From a virus: 64,000 bases of DNA. A program made the position numbers and the translations under genes. The DNA is taken from the IMG/VR virus record IMGVR_UViG_3300028920_002946, positions 96,001 through 160,000 of that record. One strand, written 5' to 3'. Of the stretch, positions 9,248 to 19,216 are shown in pieces (positions within the stretch are counted from its first letter, which is position 1; each line of letters opens with the position of its first letter). The notes under the pieces are model-generated. The model made no database searches. It worked only from the letters and a program-made list of their open reading frames with translations, and had not been told where the DNA came from.

Positions 9248-10111
9248 ATGAGAAAGACGGCACTCGCAGTCATCGCGCTGGTTGGCATGGCCCTGGCGCA
9301 GCCGAACCCGATGATCCCGACGGACGGGCTCCTTGCCCGGTACGACTTCACGAACGGGAGCCTCGAGGACGGTTCCGGCAACGGACGGACGCTCGAGAAC
9401 TTCGCGGGTACATCAAATCTGCCGGAACTCACGGCCGACCGCGACCTTTCCCCGAACAGCGCATATCATTGGAAGGGATCGATTTCGGATCCTTGGATGA
9501 CAGACGATGCGGGGATGCCCGCGGGCTCGGCGGATCGGTCAATCTGCGCGTGGGTATCACTCGTTTCCTGGGATTCGTGCCAATACATTGTTTCGTGGGG
9601 ACTCACCCGGTGGGGTGAGCCAAAGGATGGGTCGTTCAGCCTTGCGTTCCTCTACGACTCCATCGCAGTCCTGCAAGGCGACACGCGCCTCGGGGGCGTG
9701 AGGGTTGCCCATTCGGAGATACCCGCGGACGGATCATATGACGAGCCTTGGGCGCACGTCGCCGTGACCATCGAGGGCACCACGGCCAAGTTCTTCATCG
9801 GCGGGTCGTTGAAGGGGACGGTGACCATACCCGAACTGGCGACGGCCACGGACAACACCAAGCTGATGGTCGGGGGTTCCTTGGGGCACAACATCGACGC
9901 CAAAATGGACGAGATTCTAATCTACGACCGCGCCCTTACCGACAACGAGGTGCTGAACGTCTACGAGCCGCAGGTAGGCATATCGAAGTCTGCCTCAAGG
10001 ATCGTCCATATGACTCCGGCGCGATCAGTCGCCGGATACTACGACTTGAGCGGGCGTCGCATGGCACGTCGGCCGGACGGCGAATTCGCCGTGCGCTACT
10101 TGCGCAGATAG
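9248..10111 (+). CDS. Secreted LamG/concanavalin-A-like (laminin G3/pentraxin) protein with C-terminal sorting-like domain
   Basis: Signal peptide MRKTALAVIALVGMALAQ; GLLARYDF, RSICAWV, WAHVAVT...AKFFIGG, MDEILIYDRALTDNEV; C-terminal YYDLSGRR. Confidence 0.8.
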   Translation: MRKTALAVIALVGMALAQPNPMIPTDGLLARYDFTNGSLEDGSGNGRTLENFAGTSNLPELTADRDLSPNSAYHWKGSISDPWMTDDAGMPAGSADRSICAWVSLVSWDSCQYIVSWGLTRWGEPKDGSFSLAFLYDSIAVLQGDTRLGGVRVAHSEIPADGSYDEPWAHVAVTIEGTTAKFFIGGSLKGTVTIPELATATDNTKLMVGGSLGHNIDAKMDEILIYDRALTDNEVLNVYEPQVGISKSASRIVHMTPARSVAGYYDLSGRRMARRPDGEFAVRYLRR

Positions 10112-10133
10112 TCGCCTTTGCCGCGCGGTGAAC

Positions 10134-10167
10134 GGGGGTGGGCATCACTGCCCTCCCCCTCTGTTAT
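10134..10167 (+). terminator. Hairpin between convergent genes
   Basis: GGGGG-T-GGGCA-TCAC-TGCCC-T-CCCCC followed by TCTGTTAT. Confidence 0.55.
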
Positions 10168-13100
10168 GCCTGGACGTAACTGATGTAGAGCCTGCCCGTC
10201 AAATTCGCCAATCTGCCGACAACCTCCGGGAAGAACACCACGTCGAGATCCCACTCGCCGTTGTACATGCGCTCAAGGTTGCTCCCCGCGCTCGTGTCGA
10301 ACGGCAGGCGTGTCTGCTTCACCAAGCGAGGATAGACCGCAGCCTTCCACGTCGCGGCGGAGATGTAGCCGCCACACAGCGTCTGCTGCGTGACGTTGAG
10401 GATGTTGAAGTTCTCCGTCACGTTCTCGTAGGGATACCACAGGACGAAGGAGCGGTAGTCTCCGGATTTCGGCCCGTACCCCCTCCAATTGACCTTCGGG
10501 ATATACACCGCCAGATTGCCCTCGACGCTGTATATCCTGGGGAAGTCGGGGTGCGTGTCGATGAGGTTGCCCTCCACGTGCACGATGAAGTTCTCGTCCC
10601 CGAAGCGCGATCCCGGCATCCAGTTGATGACCGACCCGCCGTCGCGGTTTCGGAAGTACGGGGACTCGAACGTGTACGACTGTATGACGTCATCCGCGTT
10701 GATGTGGATAGGGGTTGGGTCATAGGCATACCCCGTCCACTCGACCTTCAGCGTGCCGAGCGTGCACACGTTCACATGTTTGAAGGCGTACCGCTTCTTG
10801 GACTCCTCCGTGATCTCGTCGATGTAGAGGTCGTTCTCCGTGGACCCCACGAGGTCGGTGATCTCGTCCTCCCTGAACGTGAGGGTGTCGTGCCCGAACC
10901 AACCTTTTAGAGGCGGGGTGGTATCCGTCATCACCTCGTAATACTCTTTCGCCCCCGTGACCCCGGCATAGTCAAGCTTGTTCTCGTTGTTGAGGTACAC
11001 GCGCTCGGTGATTGTGAACTTCTTGTCACGGAGGATGACCTCGTTGTTGTGGAAGTTCAACTGGTCGTTGTCTACCACCACCACGTTCACCGGCGTGACG
11101 ATGTCCGTGTCCCCGGACGGCGCCTCCGCCCCCACGAATCGAAGCGACTCGACCGACAGCTCGCCGTTCACGTAGCCCCGGCCCTCGATGTACAGGGGGT
11201 AGTCTGTGTCGATGTTCGTCGTGTCGCCCGCGGCCAAATACGGCACGATGATGCCGCGCTGCGCCTTCACGTCCCCGCGAACGTCCAGCGTCGCCTGGCC
11301 CGTCGAGCCGATGCCGCCGCTGAAGTCGATCACGAATGTGCTCAGCGGAGTGTTCGTCGTCCTGCGGTCGTAGAGGTGTATGCCGACGGGGTCGCTGGAA
11401 CTTCCGGCGGTGCCTCCGAACCGCACATACATGGGTGCCCGCGCCGCCGCGTTCCTGAGGTACACGTCGCCGACCTTGTTGCCGTCCGACGCCTCGGACT
11501 CCGCCACCAGCGGGTTGCCCTGTATGCCGCCCCTCACGAAGCACTTGATCCTGGGGTCGCTGTTCGGGTTGCTGCCGGCCATCCCGTCCAGGGTCGTCCT
11601 GGCGTCCTGACCCACCGCCAACGTCTCGCCGAACGTGCCGTCGCGGTCGACTATGATGTCGTTGTCGACGAGCAGGCGCCCCACCCTGGCGAAGTTGAAC
11701 CTCAGCTGGTCCGCGAACAGCGTGCCGTAGATGTAGACGTCGTCACGGCAGATGACGTTCGGGGAGAACACGACCCGGTTGAGGTTGCCGCCGACGGAGT
11801 TGAAGAACACGTCCCCGTTGAACAGCCACGCGTCCGCGCCCTCGCCGAGGTCCAGCTTGGCGAAGCGGATGCCGCTGACGTCGCCGCCGTAGGTCCCCGA
11901 CCCGTAGTAGTGGTACTTCGTGAACGGTATGTCCAGCGTGGCCAGGAGGGCCCTGCTGACGCTCACGGACTCTATCGAGCGGATCTCCGCGTTCACGGGA
12001 TCCTCGGGCATCTCCTTGATGATGATGCTGCCGTGGCTGTCGTCGATGGCCCCCGTGTAGCCCGCACCGGTGAACCCGTAGACGTTCTCCACGACCTGGA
12101 CGCCGAAGGCCTCGCCGATGCCCGTGGACACCGTGTAGGGGTCCGTCAGCGAGCCGGTCGTCCCCCGGTAGTCCGTGTACACGAACTGCCTGTAGAGGCC
12201 CGTGGGGGCTCCCCAGCCCGTGTTGTATATGATGTCGTCCCTGACCTCCTCGGCGCCGTCCAGGGCGCTCTGCGTGACTGTCACGGCGCCCGTGACGTGT
12301 CCGCCGTCCTCCTTGAGGATGTCGTAGGAGACCGTGTCCCCGGCCTGCAGGTAGTCGTAGCCGCCCGGCAGGGCGAGGAAGCTGTAGTCGGAGTGGTACG
12401 CCTCGCGCAGGCCCGCGCCGTAGAGGGTCTTGATGATCCTGTCGAACTCCGGCCCGAGGTCGCCGATGGTGAACATGCGGCGCCCGAGAAGGTCGTAGCA
12501 CTCGTACTGCCCCGCCACGCCCGTGTAGCCGTAGCCGGAGATCCCCGACTCCCCGACGACCGCGACCCCGCGCTTCACAAGCACGGCCGACACGGCCCCG
12601 GTGACCCCGAAGGCGCCCGTCGCCCCGAAGACGGCGGGGTTGAGCTCGCTCAGCTCGGCGGGGACCACCCATGTGCGGCCCCCCACGCTCGCGTCGAACC
12701 TGGCGTCCCCTTCGGCGATGAAGTCGCCGCGCACGCGCGCGGAGTCGTTCACGTCGAGCACGATGTTGCTACCGCTGAGGCCGTACGAGTCCTTCGGCGG
12801 CTCCCACCCCGGCTCCATGGTGTTGAGGCCCACGCGGCCCATGTGGTCCACCGACACGTAGTTCCGGGGCAGGCCCGTCTCACGCGCCCTGACAAGCGCC
12901 GCGTAGGCGCCGGTCTCGCCGTCCTCCATGACCACCTCGACGCCGACGGTGCCGCTCTCGCCACGCGCGTAGACGCTGACGTTGTGGCGGTACTCCCTGG
13001 CGCCGGTCGAGCCGGCCATGCCGGTGTAGCCGCGGTCGTAGCCCACGTAGACGCTGCCGGCGGACAGCTCCGAGGAGACTATCTCGCCGTCGTGCAGCAT

Positions 13101-14192
13101 CTCCGGGCCCGTCTCGTAGGTGACGAGGCCCGTCGCGTGGCCCGCCATGAGCGAGCCGACCATGAACTTGCCGTCCTGGTCGACGACCCTGGGGGTCACC
13201 GACTCGGAGTTGAGGGCCTCGGTCCCGAGGCCCTGGTTCAGCCCGGTCGCGAAGGCGCCCTCGTCGACGACGGCCCCCGGGAACCTGCCGTCGAACCCGG
13301 TGAGGCCGAGCTGATCGACATCCCGCTGCGTGTAGCCGCCGTGCTCCGTCCTCCAGGACAGCTCGTCGACGCTCTTTACCCGCTTGTCGTAGGTCGAGAG
13401 CAGGTCGACGATGTCGGCGTCCGCGATGTTGTCGCTGAAGGCGTGCCTGTAGATGACCGCGATGGGCACCTTGTAATCGTTGTCGGTCGGGTCGGTGTCG
13501 TCGGGGGACACGCCGCCGAGGAACTCGGTGTGCGTGAATATGTTCCCGTTGATCGGGTCCGTCCAGCCCTCGCGGACCCGGATGTCGATGACCGCGCGGA
13601 GCCTGTTGGCCGTGTCCGTGCCGACCATCGGGCTCTTCATGCTCGTGTCCTTGTAGACATCGAGGTCGGTGCCCGACACCGAGGAGACCTCCTCGAAGTG
13701 GAGGTGCACGTAGACGATGTCGATGCGCTCGGCGTCCGGCGTGGTCAGCGCCGGTATGGGCGTGATCGTCTTGTACTTGTCCGTCTCGGTGGCGAGGTCG
13801 GGATCGGCGCCGTACATCTGCTGGTTGTACTCGACGTCCCCCGCCAAAAAGACGTAGAAGCCCTTCACGTAGAGCGCCGAGGCGTGGTCGAGGCTGCCCC
13901 CGCCCGCGTTGCCGCCCGTCACCGTGAAGTTGCGCACGGTGGTGACCCCGGACTCCTTGACCTTGAAGGCCTCGGCCGTCGACACCGCCGACGCGGCGTA
14001 CGGGTTGTACGGGGCCGCGACATCCCCCCAGGCGCGCTGGACGCCGCGCCGGGCCTGGTCGAGCAGGCCGATGCCCATGTCGCGCACCTCGTCGTCGAGG
14101 AGCGGCCTGTTCCGCTGGGGCCACATGTAGAAGTAGCGCCTGCGCTCGTCGTAGACTATCACGTTCGAATAGTTGCCGGACTTTCCTGCCAT
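10164..14192 (-). CDS. Large tail/baseplate-associated structural protein
   Basis: 1342 aa, Gly/Thr/beta-strand-rich; N-terminal QRNRPLLDDEVRDM segment of the kind seen in baseplate/fibre proteins; directly after TerL. Confidence 0.6.
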   Translation of the reverse strand: MAGKSGNYSNVIVYDERRRYFYMWPQRNRPLLDDEVRDMGIGLLDQARRGVQRAWGDVAAPYNPYAASAVSTAEAFKVKESGVTTVRNFTVTGGNAGGGSLDHASALYVKGFYVFLAGDVEYNQQMYGADPDLATETDKYKTITPIPALTTPDAERIDIVYVHLHFEEVSSVSGTDLDVYKDTSMKSPMVGTDTANRLRAVIDIRVREGWTDPINGNIFTHTEFLGGVSPDDTDPTDNDYKVPIAVIYRHAFSDNIADADIVDLLSTYDKRVKSVDELSWRTEHGGYTQRDVDQLGLTGFDGRFPGAVVDEGAFATGLNQGLGTEALNSESVTPRVVDQDGKFMVGSLMAGHATGLVTYETGPEMLHDGEIVSSELSAGSVYVGYDRGYTGMAGSTGAREYRHNVSVYARGESGTVGVEVVMEDGETGAYAALVRARETGLPRNYVSVDHMGRVGLNTMEPGWEPPKDSYGLSGSNIVLDVNDSARVRGDFIAEGDARFDASVGGRTWVVPAELSELNPAVFGATGAFGVTGAVSAVLVKRGVAVVGESGISGYGYTGVAGQYECYDLLGRRMFTIGDLGPEFDRIIKTLYGAGLREAYHSDYSFLALPGGYDYLQAGDTVSYDILKEDGGHVTGAVTVTQSALDGAEEVRDDIIYNTGWGAPTGLYRQFVYTDYRGTTGSLTDPYTVSTGIGEAFGVQVVENVYGFTGAGYTGAIDDSHGSIIIKEMPEDPVNAEIRSIESVSVSRALLATLDIPFTKYHYYGSGTYGGDVSGIRFAKLDLGEGADAWLFNGDVFFNSVGGNLNRVVFSPNVICRDDVYIYGTLFADQLRFNFARVGRLLVDNDIIVDRDGTFGETLAVGQDARTTLDGMAGSNPNSDPRIKCFVRGGIQGNPLVAESEASDGNKVGDVYLRNAAARAPMYVRFGGTAGSSSDPVGIHLYDRRTTNTPLSTFVIDFSGGIGSTGQATLDVRGDVKAQRGIIVPYLAAGDTTNIDTDYPLYIEGRGYVNGELSVESLRFVGAEAPSGDTDIVTPVNVVVVDNDQLNFHNNEVILRDKKFTITERVYLNNENKLDYAGVTGAKEYYEVMTDTTPPLKGWFGHDTLTFREDEITDLVGSTENDLYIDEITEESKKRYAFKHVNVCTLGTLKVEWTGYAYDPTPIHINADDVIQSYTFESPYFRNRDGGSVINWMPGSRFGDENFIVHVEGNLIDTHPDFPRIYSVEGNLAVYIPKVNWRGYGPKSGDYRSFVLWYPYENVTENFNILNVTQQTLCGGYISAATWKAAVYPRLVKQTRLPFDTSAGSNLERMYNGEWDLDVVFFPEVVGRLANLTGRLYISYVQA

Positions 14193-14206
14193 TCACGTTC
14201 CCCGTT

Positions 14207-16192
14207 CTAGCGGTGTAACATCGCCCCGCGGCCCCCGAATCTGCTGCCGAACCTGACGCCCCTCTGCGCCCGGAACCTCCCGGACGGCCTGTTGAGCTCG
14301 GCCTTCACCCTCTCGGAGTGGCTCCGTATCCTCTGCGCCCGCATGGTCGCGACCCTGCCCGACGAGGCGGCCGTGCTGGTGCTGTATCCCTTGTTGCGGT
14401 ACTCCACGGCGAGCAGCGCCGCGCGGCCCAAGGAGTCGCTCAGGTCGTTGTGCATCCCCTTGCGTTCGGGTTCGTGGACGCGTATGATGTACTTCGACCT
14501 CTGCTCCGCCTGCAACGTCAGCAGCTCCCTCACGAGGACGCTGTCCTTCTCCACCCTGTCGCCGACCATGACGGGGTCGCCCTCCGGGAGGCGAAGCTCG
14601 GATCCGACGAAGAGGCTGAGCAGATTCTGGTAGACGTACGAGTTGAGGCCCTCGTGGAAGTTCCTGTACTCGATCTGCTTGATGCCCTTCTTTATGAGCA
14701 TGGGCTCTATGCTGAACCCGTAGTATTGGTCCATCAGCCCGTGCACGACGAAGAACCTCTTCGTGAACTCCTCGATCCAGTCGGCGATCTCCTGGGGGTC
14801 GAAGTACGACAGCTTGATCCTCTGCTCCGCCTCCCGGCCCTCCTCGCCGTCGACGTGGTCGATAACGGGCTCCTGCGCCTCCTCGCCGTCGGCGTCGTCG
14901 GATATGTCCTTGTACCGGACGTCCGACGCGTCCACCTCGAGCCTGTCGGTCTGCGCGCCGTGGACTGCCTCCTTCACCCAATGGGCCACGGTTATCGCGG
15001 TGCCGTCGTTCTTGAAGCCGACGTCGATGCCCATGAAGTGCGGCACGCGCAGCATGCTGGTGGACTTGTACTTGAGCCCCGGCACCACGCACTGCCTGAC
15101 GATCTCGGCGTCCTCTATCCACCCGAAGAGCCTGTCCGAGAACTGCGCCCCGAACTCGCCCCGGAACGATATGGGGTTCTGCTTGTACTTGTTGCGGAGG
15201 TAGCTGGACGACAGGCTCGGGTCCAGCTCCCAGGACGGGGCCTGGATGACCAAAAGGTCGTCGCAGTCGTCCTCGAACCCGCGCTCGAACTCCTCGTAGA
15301 ACTTGCCGGACTTCGGCCCCGGGGACGAGATGGCTATGATCTTCCCGTCCGGCTCCCCGGTGACGGGATCCTTGAACTTCGCCACCGACGGGGTGACGGC
15401 CTCGTACACCGCCTTGTCGTCGTGACCCGTGCCGGCGCCCTTCTTCTTGCCGCTGCTCTCGTCCGTGAAGAAGAAGGCCATCTCGTCGAGGCCGACGATC
15501 ATGTTGCCGGGGCCGCGGAGGCCCTTGGCGTTGCAGGGCGCGATGCGGACGTTGATGGACGGCCGCCCGCGCACGCCGTACCGGTCGATGTCCCTCTGCG
15601 TGCGGAACTTCAGCCATTGCGACGTGGGCTTGGTCCTGAACTTGCGGAAATACTCCGACCGCTCTATGTGGCCCACGACCATGTTGTAGAGGATGGAGGC
15701 AGTCTCGCGGCTGGTCGACAGGCACGTGAACCGGATCTCGTCCTCCGGCATGATGCCGTAGTGCTCCTGCGGGGAGAACTTGTTGAGCAACCTGTACGTC
15801 TCGTAGGCGATGATGCAGCTGGTGAGCATGGTCTTCCCGCCCCTCCGACCGACGACCATGATGATGTTCGGGAAGAACTTATCGATGCGGCGGTTGAGGC
15901 GCCCCTCGTTGTACAGGTAGTCGGCATACTCGACCTCGTTGAACCTGTACAGCTGCTTCTCGTTGAACTTGTCGTTGATGATGATGTCGCGGTTGGAGCC
16001 GCCATCGAGTTCGAGGCCGTAATAGACATTCAGAATGAAGCGCTGGACGGGATAGAGCGGGGGCACCTCGTTCACCCCGAGGGCGAGCCCCCAGGGGGCG
16101 GTGATGAACTCGAGCGCGTTCTTGTCAAGAAGCTTGGAGTGCTCGGAGTCCTTCTTCGTCACCATGTTGGCGCATATTTCCGAAAGGCTCAT
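14207..16192 (-). CDS. terL: Terminase large subunit
   Basis: Walker A VVGRRGGKT, Walker B IVGLDEMA, nuclease motifs FMGIDVG and HNDLSDSL. Confidence 0.92.
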   Translation of the reverse strand: MSLSEICANMVTKKDSEHSKLLDKNALEFITAPWGLALGVNEVPPLYPVQRFILNVYYGLELDGGSNRDIIINDKFNEKQLYRFNEVEYADYLYNEGRLNRRIDKFFPNIIMVVGRRGGKTMLTSCIIAYETYRLLNKFSPQEHYGIMPEDEIRFTCLSTSRETASILYNMVVGHIERSEYFRKFRTKPTSQWLKFRTQRDIDRYGVRGRPSINVRIAPCNAKGLRGPGNMIVGLDEMAFFFTDESSGKKKGAGTGHDDKAVYEAVTPSVAKFKDPVTGEPDGKIIAISSPGPKSGKFYEEFERGFEDDCDDLLVIQAPSWELDPSLSSSYLRNKYKQNPISFRGEFGAQFSDRLFGWIEDAEIVRQCVVPGLKYKSTSMLRVPHFMGIDVGFKNDGTAITVAHWVKEAVHGAQTDRLEVDASDVRYKDISDDADGEEAQEPVIDHVDGEEGREAEQRIKLSYFDPQEIADWIEEFTKRFFVVHGLMDQYYGFSIEPMLIKKGIKQIEYRNFHEGLNSYVYQNLLSLFVGSELRLPEGDPVMVGDRVEKDSVLVRELLTLQAEQRSKYIIRVHEPERKGMHNDLSDSLGRAALLAVEYRNKGYSTSTAASSGRVATMRAQRIRSHSERVKAELNRPSGRFRAQRGVRFGSRFGGRGAMLHR

Positions 16193-16198
16193 GACCGC

Positions 16199-16945
16199 TC
16201 ATTTCTTGCCGTAGTAAATCTTCTCGGCCTTCTTCTCGAAGCCGTCGAAGTCCTTCGCGAGCTGCGTGAAGAAGATGTCCTCGTACTGCGGCGGTATCTT
16301 CACCTTGTTGAAGGTCTTGTTTATGACCTGCATGAAGAACTTCAGCACCTGCTGGAAGTTCTCGCTGTGGAAGTCGACCTTCCCAACCGCCTTCTCGCGC
16401 TTCATCTTCTCGCGCTCCACCAGCGTGTCGACGAGGTTCTTGAGCATCTTGATGCGCGACAGGGTCGAATCAGAGATGTCCGTCTCCCCGTTCCACACGG
16501 CGTTGCGCCACGCCTTAAGGTAAGCCGCCTCCTCGGCTATCTCCTCCATGACAACGTTGAGTATCCCGAGGGTCGAGTCGTCCCTCCGGACGGTTTCCAC
16601 CAGCTTGTCGTTCGCGGCCGGGTTGGCGAGGGCCTTCTTGATCTCGGAGGCCTCCGGCAGGTTCGCCGCCGCCTGCGCCTCCTCGTCACCCATGGCGTTC
16701 ACTATCACGGAGGTGGTCGGCATCGGGTTGCAGTTCCCGGAGTCGTGGAGGGTGGGCATCTCTATAATGGGGTCGCCCCCGCCAGCCTCGGCCTCGCGCC
16801 CCTCCGGCTCCGGCGCCGGCCCGGACTTCGCCCCGGGATCCCGTTTCCCTACGACGGGGGGCTTTTCCTCCCCGGGGCCTCCCCCGGCCGCGTCCGCGTC
16901 GTCGGCGGCGTACCCGTCCATGACCTCGTCAATCTCGTCTGCCAT
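16199..16945 (-). CDS. Hypothetical protein, possible terminase small subunit
   Basis: Immediately upstream of terL; helical C-terminal part; start at MADEIDE with GGAGAG RBS. TerS call is positional only. Confidence 0.5.
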   Translation of the reverse strand: MADEIDEVMDGYAADDADAAGGGPGEEKPPVVGKRDPGAKSGPAPEPEGREAEAGGGDPIIEMPTLHDSGNCNPMPTTSVIVNAMGDEEAQAAANLPEASEIKKALANPAANDKLVETVRRDDSTLGILNVVMEEIAEEAAYLKAWRNAVWNGETDISDSTLSRIKMLKNLVDTLVEREKMKREKAVGKVDFHSENFQQVLKFFMQVINKTFNKVKIPPQYEDIFFTQLAKDFDGFEKKAEKIYYGKK

Positions 16946-16974
16946 GCTCTTCTCTCCATATGGATGTGCCACCG

Positions 16975-19212
16975 CTATTTGCCGCCGAACTCCCTCTTGA
17001 GGGACTCATACATCATCGACGCGACCTCCCCCTCGTCCTTCACGGACTTGTGCGCCGGACCCGGCTTGAACTTCGACGTGGACAGCGCGCTGTAGAGATC
17101 CGATGCCTGGCCCCCGTGGAAGTCGTTGGCGTACCAATAGATGGCGGCCTCGATATCGAAGTCGCCGCCCTCCTCGCCGGGATGCTCCTTCTTCAGGAAG
17201 GCGCGCATCTCCTGGGCGGATGGATCCTGCGAGGCGGTCTTCACCTTCTTTCCCCTCCCGCCCTTCTTCTCGCCCTTCTCCGCCGGCACGGCCTTGTCGG
17301 CCTCGCGCATGGCGTCGAGGGTCTTGTTGCCGCCGCTACCGTGCACGGTCGAGACATCGTAGGGCTGCTTCATGTCCTCCCGCTCGACATCGGGGTTCTC
17401 GTCCTGGAGGACGGCCTTCATGTGCGGCTCGATGTCCTTGCTCGGGTCGCTCTTGGGCTTATCGCCGCCCCCGGACTTCCCCTCGCCCTTCTTCGTTTCC
17501 TCATCCGCCCCGAGCTTGGACATGTCGAAGAACGCCTTGTCGAGGTCGACCTCGCCGGCGAACTTCGCGCCCTGCTTCATGCAGCCGCTGCCGACGTTGT
17601 TGACGCACCCGCCGCACTTGGACGCCTTCTTCAGCCTGGCGCCCTTCATGATCGGGTAGGTCTCGACGACGCACCGGTCGAGGCAGTTCGCGTCCACCTC
17701 GGGCATCTTGTAGAGCAGGCTCTGCACGATGCCGGCCGCCTCGCCGGCGGTCACGAAACTCGCGATCTTCGACTGCACCTTCTTGAGCGAGACGCCGCTT
17801 TCCAGCGCCTTCTGGGCCGCCTCGTGGATCTGCGTGCGATCCTCGTGTCCCTTGATATCGCCCGTGTGCCACGACCCCTGCACTCCACCGACCCTCTTCT
17901 CGGGACGATACTCGGACGCCGACTTGAACGCGTCCTGCAGGACAGCCAGCAGACTTTCGCCAGCCTGTATCCTCTTCATATACGCATCGGAGGCGTCCCG
18001 CGACAGCCTGTTGGCCACGCGGAGGTTGGTAATGTACTTGGCTGCGACCTTCTCGCTGAACTTTCCGTCCATGGGGAGTGGCACACAGCCGGTCGCCCTG
18101 GCGACCTTCTCCAGCCTCGTGTCATACTCGCCCTGTGGGTGAGAGTTAACAAGGAAGGACGGATCGGTAGAGGCGCCCTTGATAGCCTGGATGGCCTCTT
18201 CGGCTGTCTTGTAGTAGCCAACGTCGATGTAGACGTTGCCCAGGAGCCCCTGCAGGGAGGCAACCTTTCTGAGTTCGTCGCTGTGGGCCTTGATATCACT
18301 CGATGAAAACTTGCCCCCCAGGGACTCGACGATGTCCTTGCCCATGCGACCCTTGAGCGTCTCGCCCTGGACGTACGCCAGGATGGGGCGCGCCTTGGCA
18401 AACTTGAGATCGGACGCCGTGCGCTCGGCCTTCTCCGCAGCGTTGAGGAGCTGATCCCCCAAGGCCTCTGCGGTCGCCTGGACGTCGATGGGCTTGTCAG
18501 CCTCCTTCTCCGGCCCCTCGCCCTTGCTCGGGATGCGGAGAAGGGCATCCCTCAGCGTCTCCTTGTCGGTCACCGACTCGTCGGCGGCCAGCTTTCCCGC
18601 CACGCGGAGGTGCTTGGTGTACTCCGCGAAGAGCTCATCGCCGTAAGGCACTTCGGAGACGACCCTCTTGCCGAGTTCCTTGCAATACCCCTCGTGGTGG
18701 CTCGAGCAGACCTTGCGGCGCGGCTCGCCCACGACGTACTGCGCCAGGCGCACCCGATTCGGGCCAAGCTTCTCGGCGGCCTCGCGGCAACTGTCGAAGC
18801 ACGACAGATCCACGTAGACGTTGCCGAGGAGCCCCTGCTCCTCCGCCGCCTCCTTCAAGCGCGGCGCCGCCTCCCTGATGAGTGACGGCGGGTAGAGCGA
18901 CGCGAGCTTTTTTCCGAGCTCGTCGCCCCTGACGCCCATCATCATCTCCCTGCGGGCGCGCTCCACGACGCCGTCCACCTCGGCGGCGACGTCGAACGAC
19001 TTTTTGGAGACGGGGGCGGCGACTTGCCCGGACAGGCGGGTGCCCACCTCGGGCCTGTTGCTCCACTGCTCAACCAGCTGAGGGACCACCTCAACCGGGT
19101 TCTCCGTCGGTATGTTGTCGACATCCTTCGCTTCCAGGCTCGCCCAGTCGAGGTCGGGCACCTTCGCCTCGTATCCGTTGCCGAGCACCCTGTCCAGATC
19201 CTGCATGGCCAT
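16975..19212 (-). CDS. Large head-module protein with internal duplication
   Basis: 745 aa; GLLGNVY[VI]D occurs twice; Cys clusters; C-terminal EAAIYWYANDFHGGQASDLY segment. Confidence 0.7.
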   Translation of the reverse strand: MAMQDLDRVLGNGYEAKVPDLDWASLEAKDVDNIPTENPVEVVPQLVEQWSNRPEVGTRLSGQVAAPVSKKSFDVAAEVDGVVERARREMMMGVRGDELGKKLASLYPPSLIREAAPRLKEAAEEQGLLGNVYVDLSCFDSCREAAEKLGPNRVRLAQYVVGEPRRKVCSSHHEGYCKELGKRVVSEVPYGDELFAEYTKHLRVAGKLAADESVTDKETLRDALLRIPSKGEGPEKEADKPIDVQATAEALGDQLLNAAEKAERTASDLKFAKARPILAYVQGETLKGRMGKDIVESLGGKFSSSDIKAHSDELRKVASLQGLLGNVYIDVGYYKTAEEAIQAIKGASTDPSFLVNSHPQGEYDTRLEKVARATGCVPLPMDGKFSEKVAAKYITNLRVANRLSRDASDAYMKRIQAGESLLAVLQDAFKSASEYRPEKRVGGVQGSWHTGDIKGHEDRTQIHEAAQKALESGVSLKKVQSKIASFVTAGEAAGIVQSLLYKMPEVDANCLDRCVVETYPIMKGARLKKASKCGGCVNNVGSGCMKQGAKFAGEVDLDKAFFDMSKLGADEETKKGEGKSGGGDKPKSDPSKDIEPHMKAVLQDENPDVEREDMKQPYDVSTVHGSGGNKTLDAMREADKAVPAEKGEKKGGRGKKVKTASQDPSAQEMRAFLKKEHPGEEGGDFDIEAAIYWYANDFHGGQASDLYSALSTSKFKPGPAHKSVKDEGEVASMMYESLKREFGGK

Positions 19213-19216
19213 ATGA

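Noticed and set aside
11049-17095. Very long plus-strand ORFs (11049..14210, 14318..17095) and similar ones (444..1139, 6372..7655, 16960..18306, 47641..50770)
   Set aside because: Antisense shadows of real genes; GC3-rich coding keeps the complementary frame stop-poor; products are V/L/R/G-rich with no motifs or RBS.
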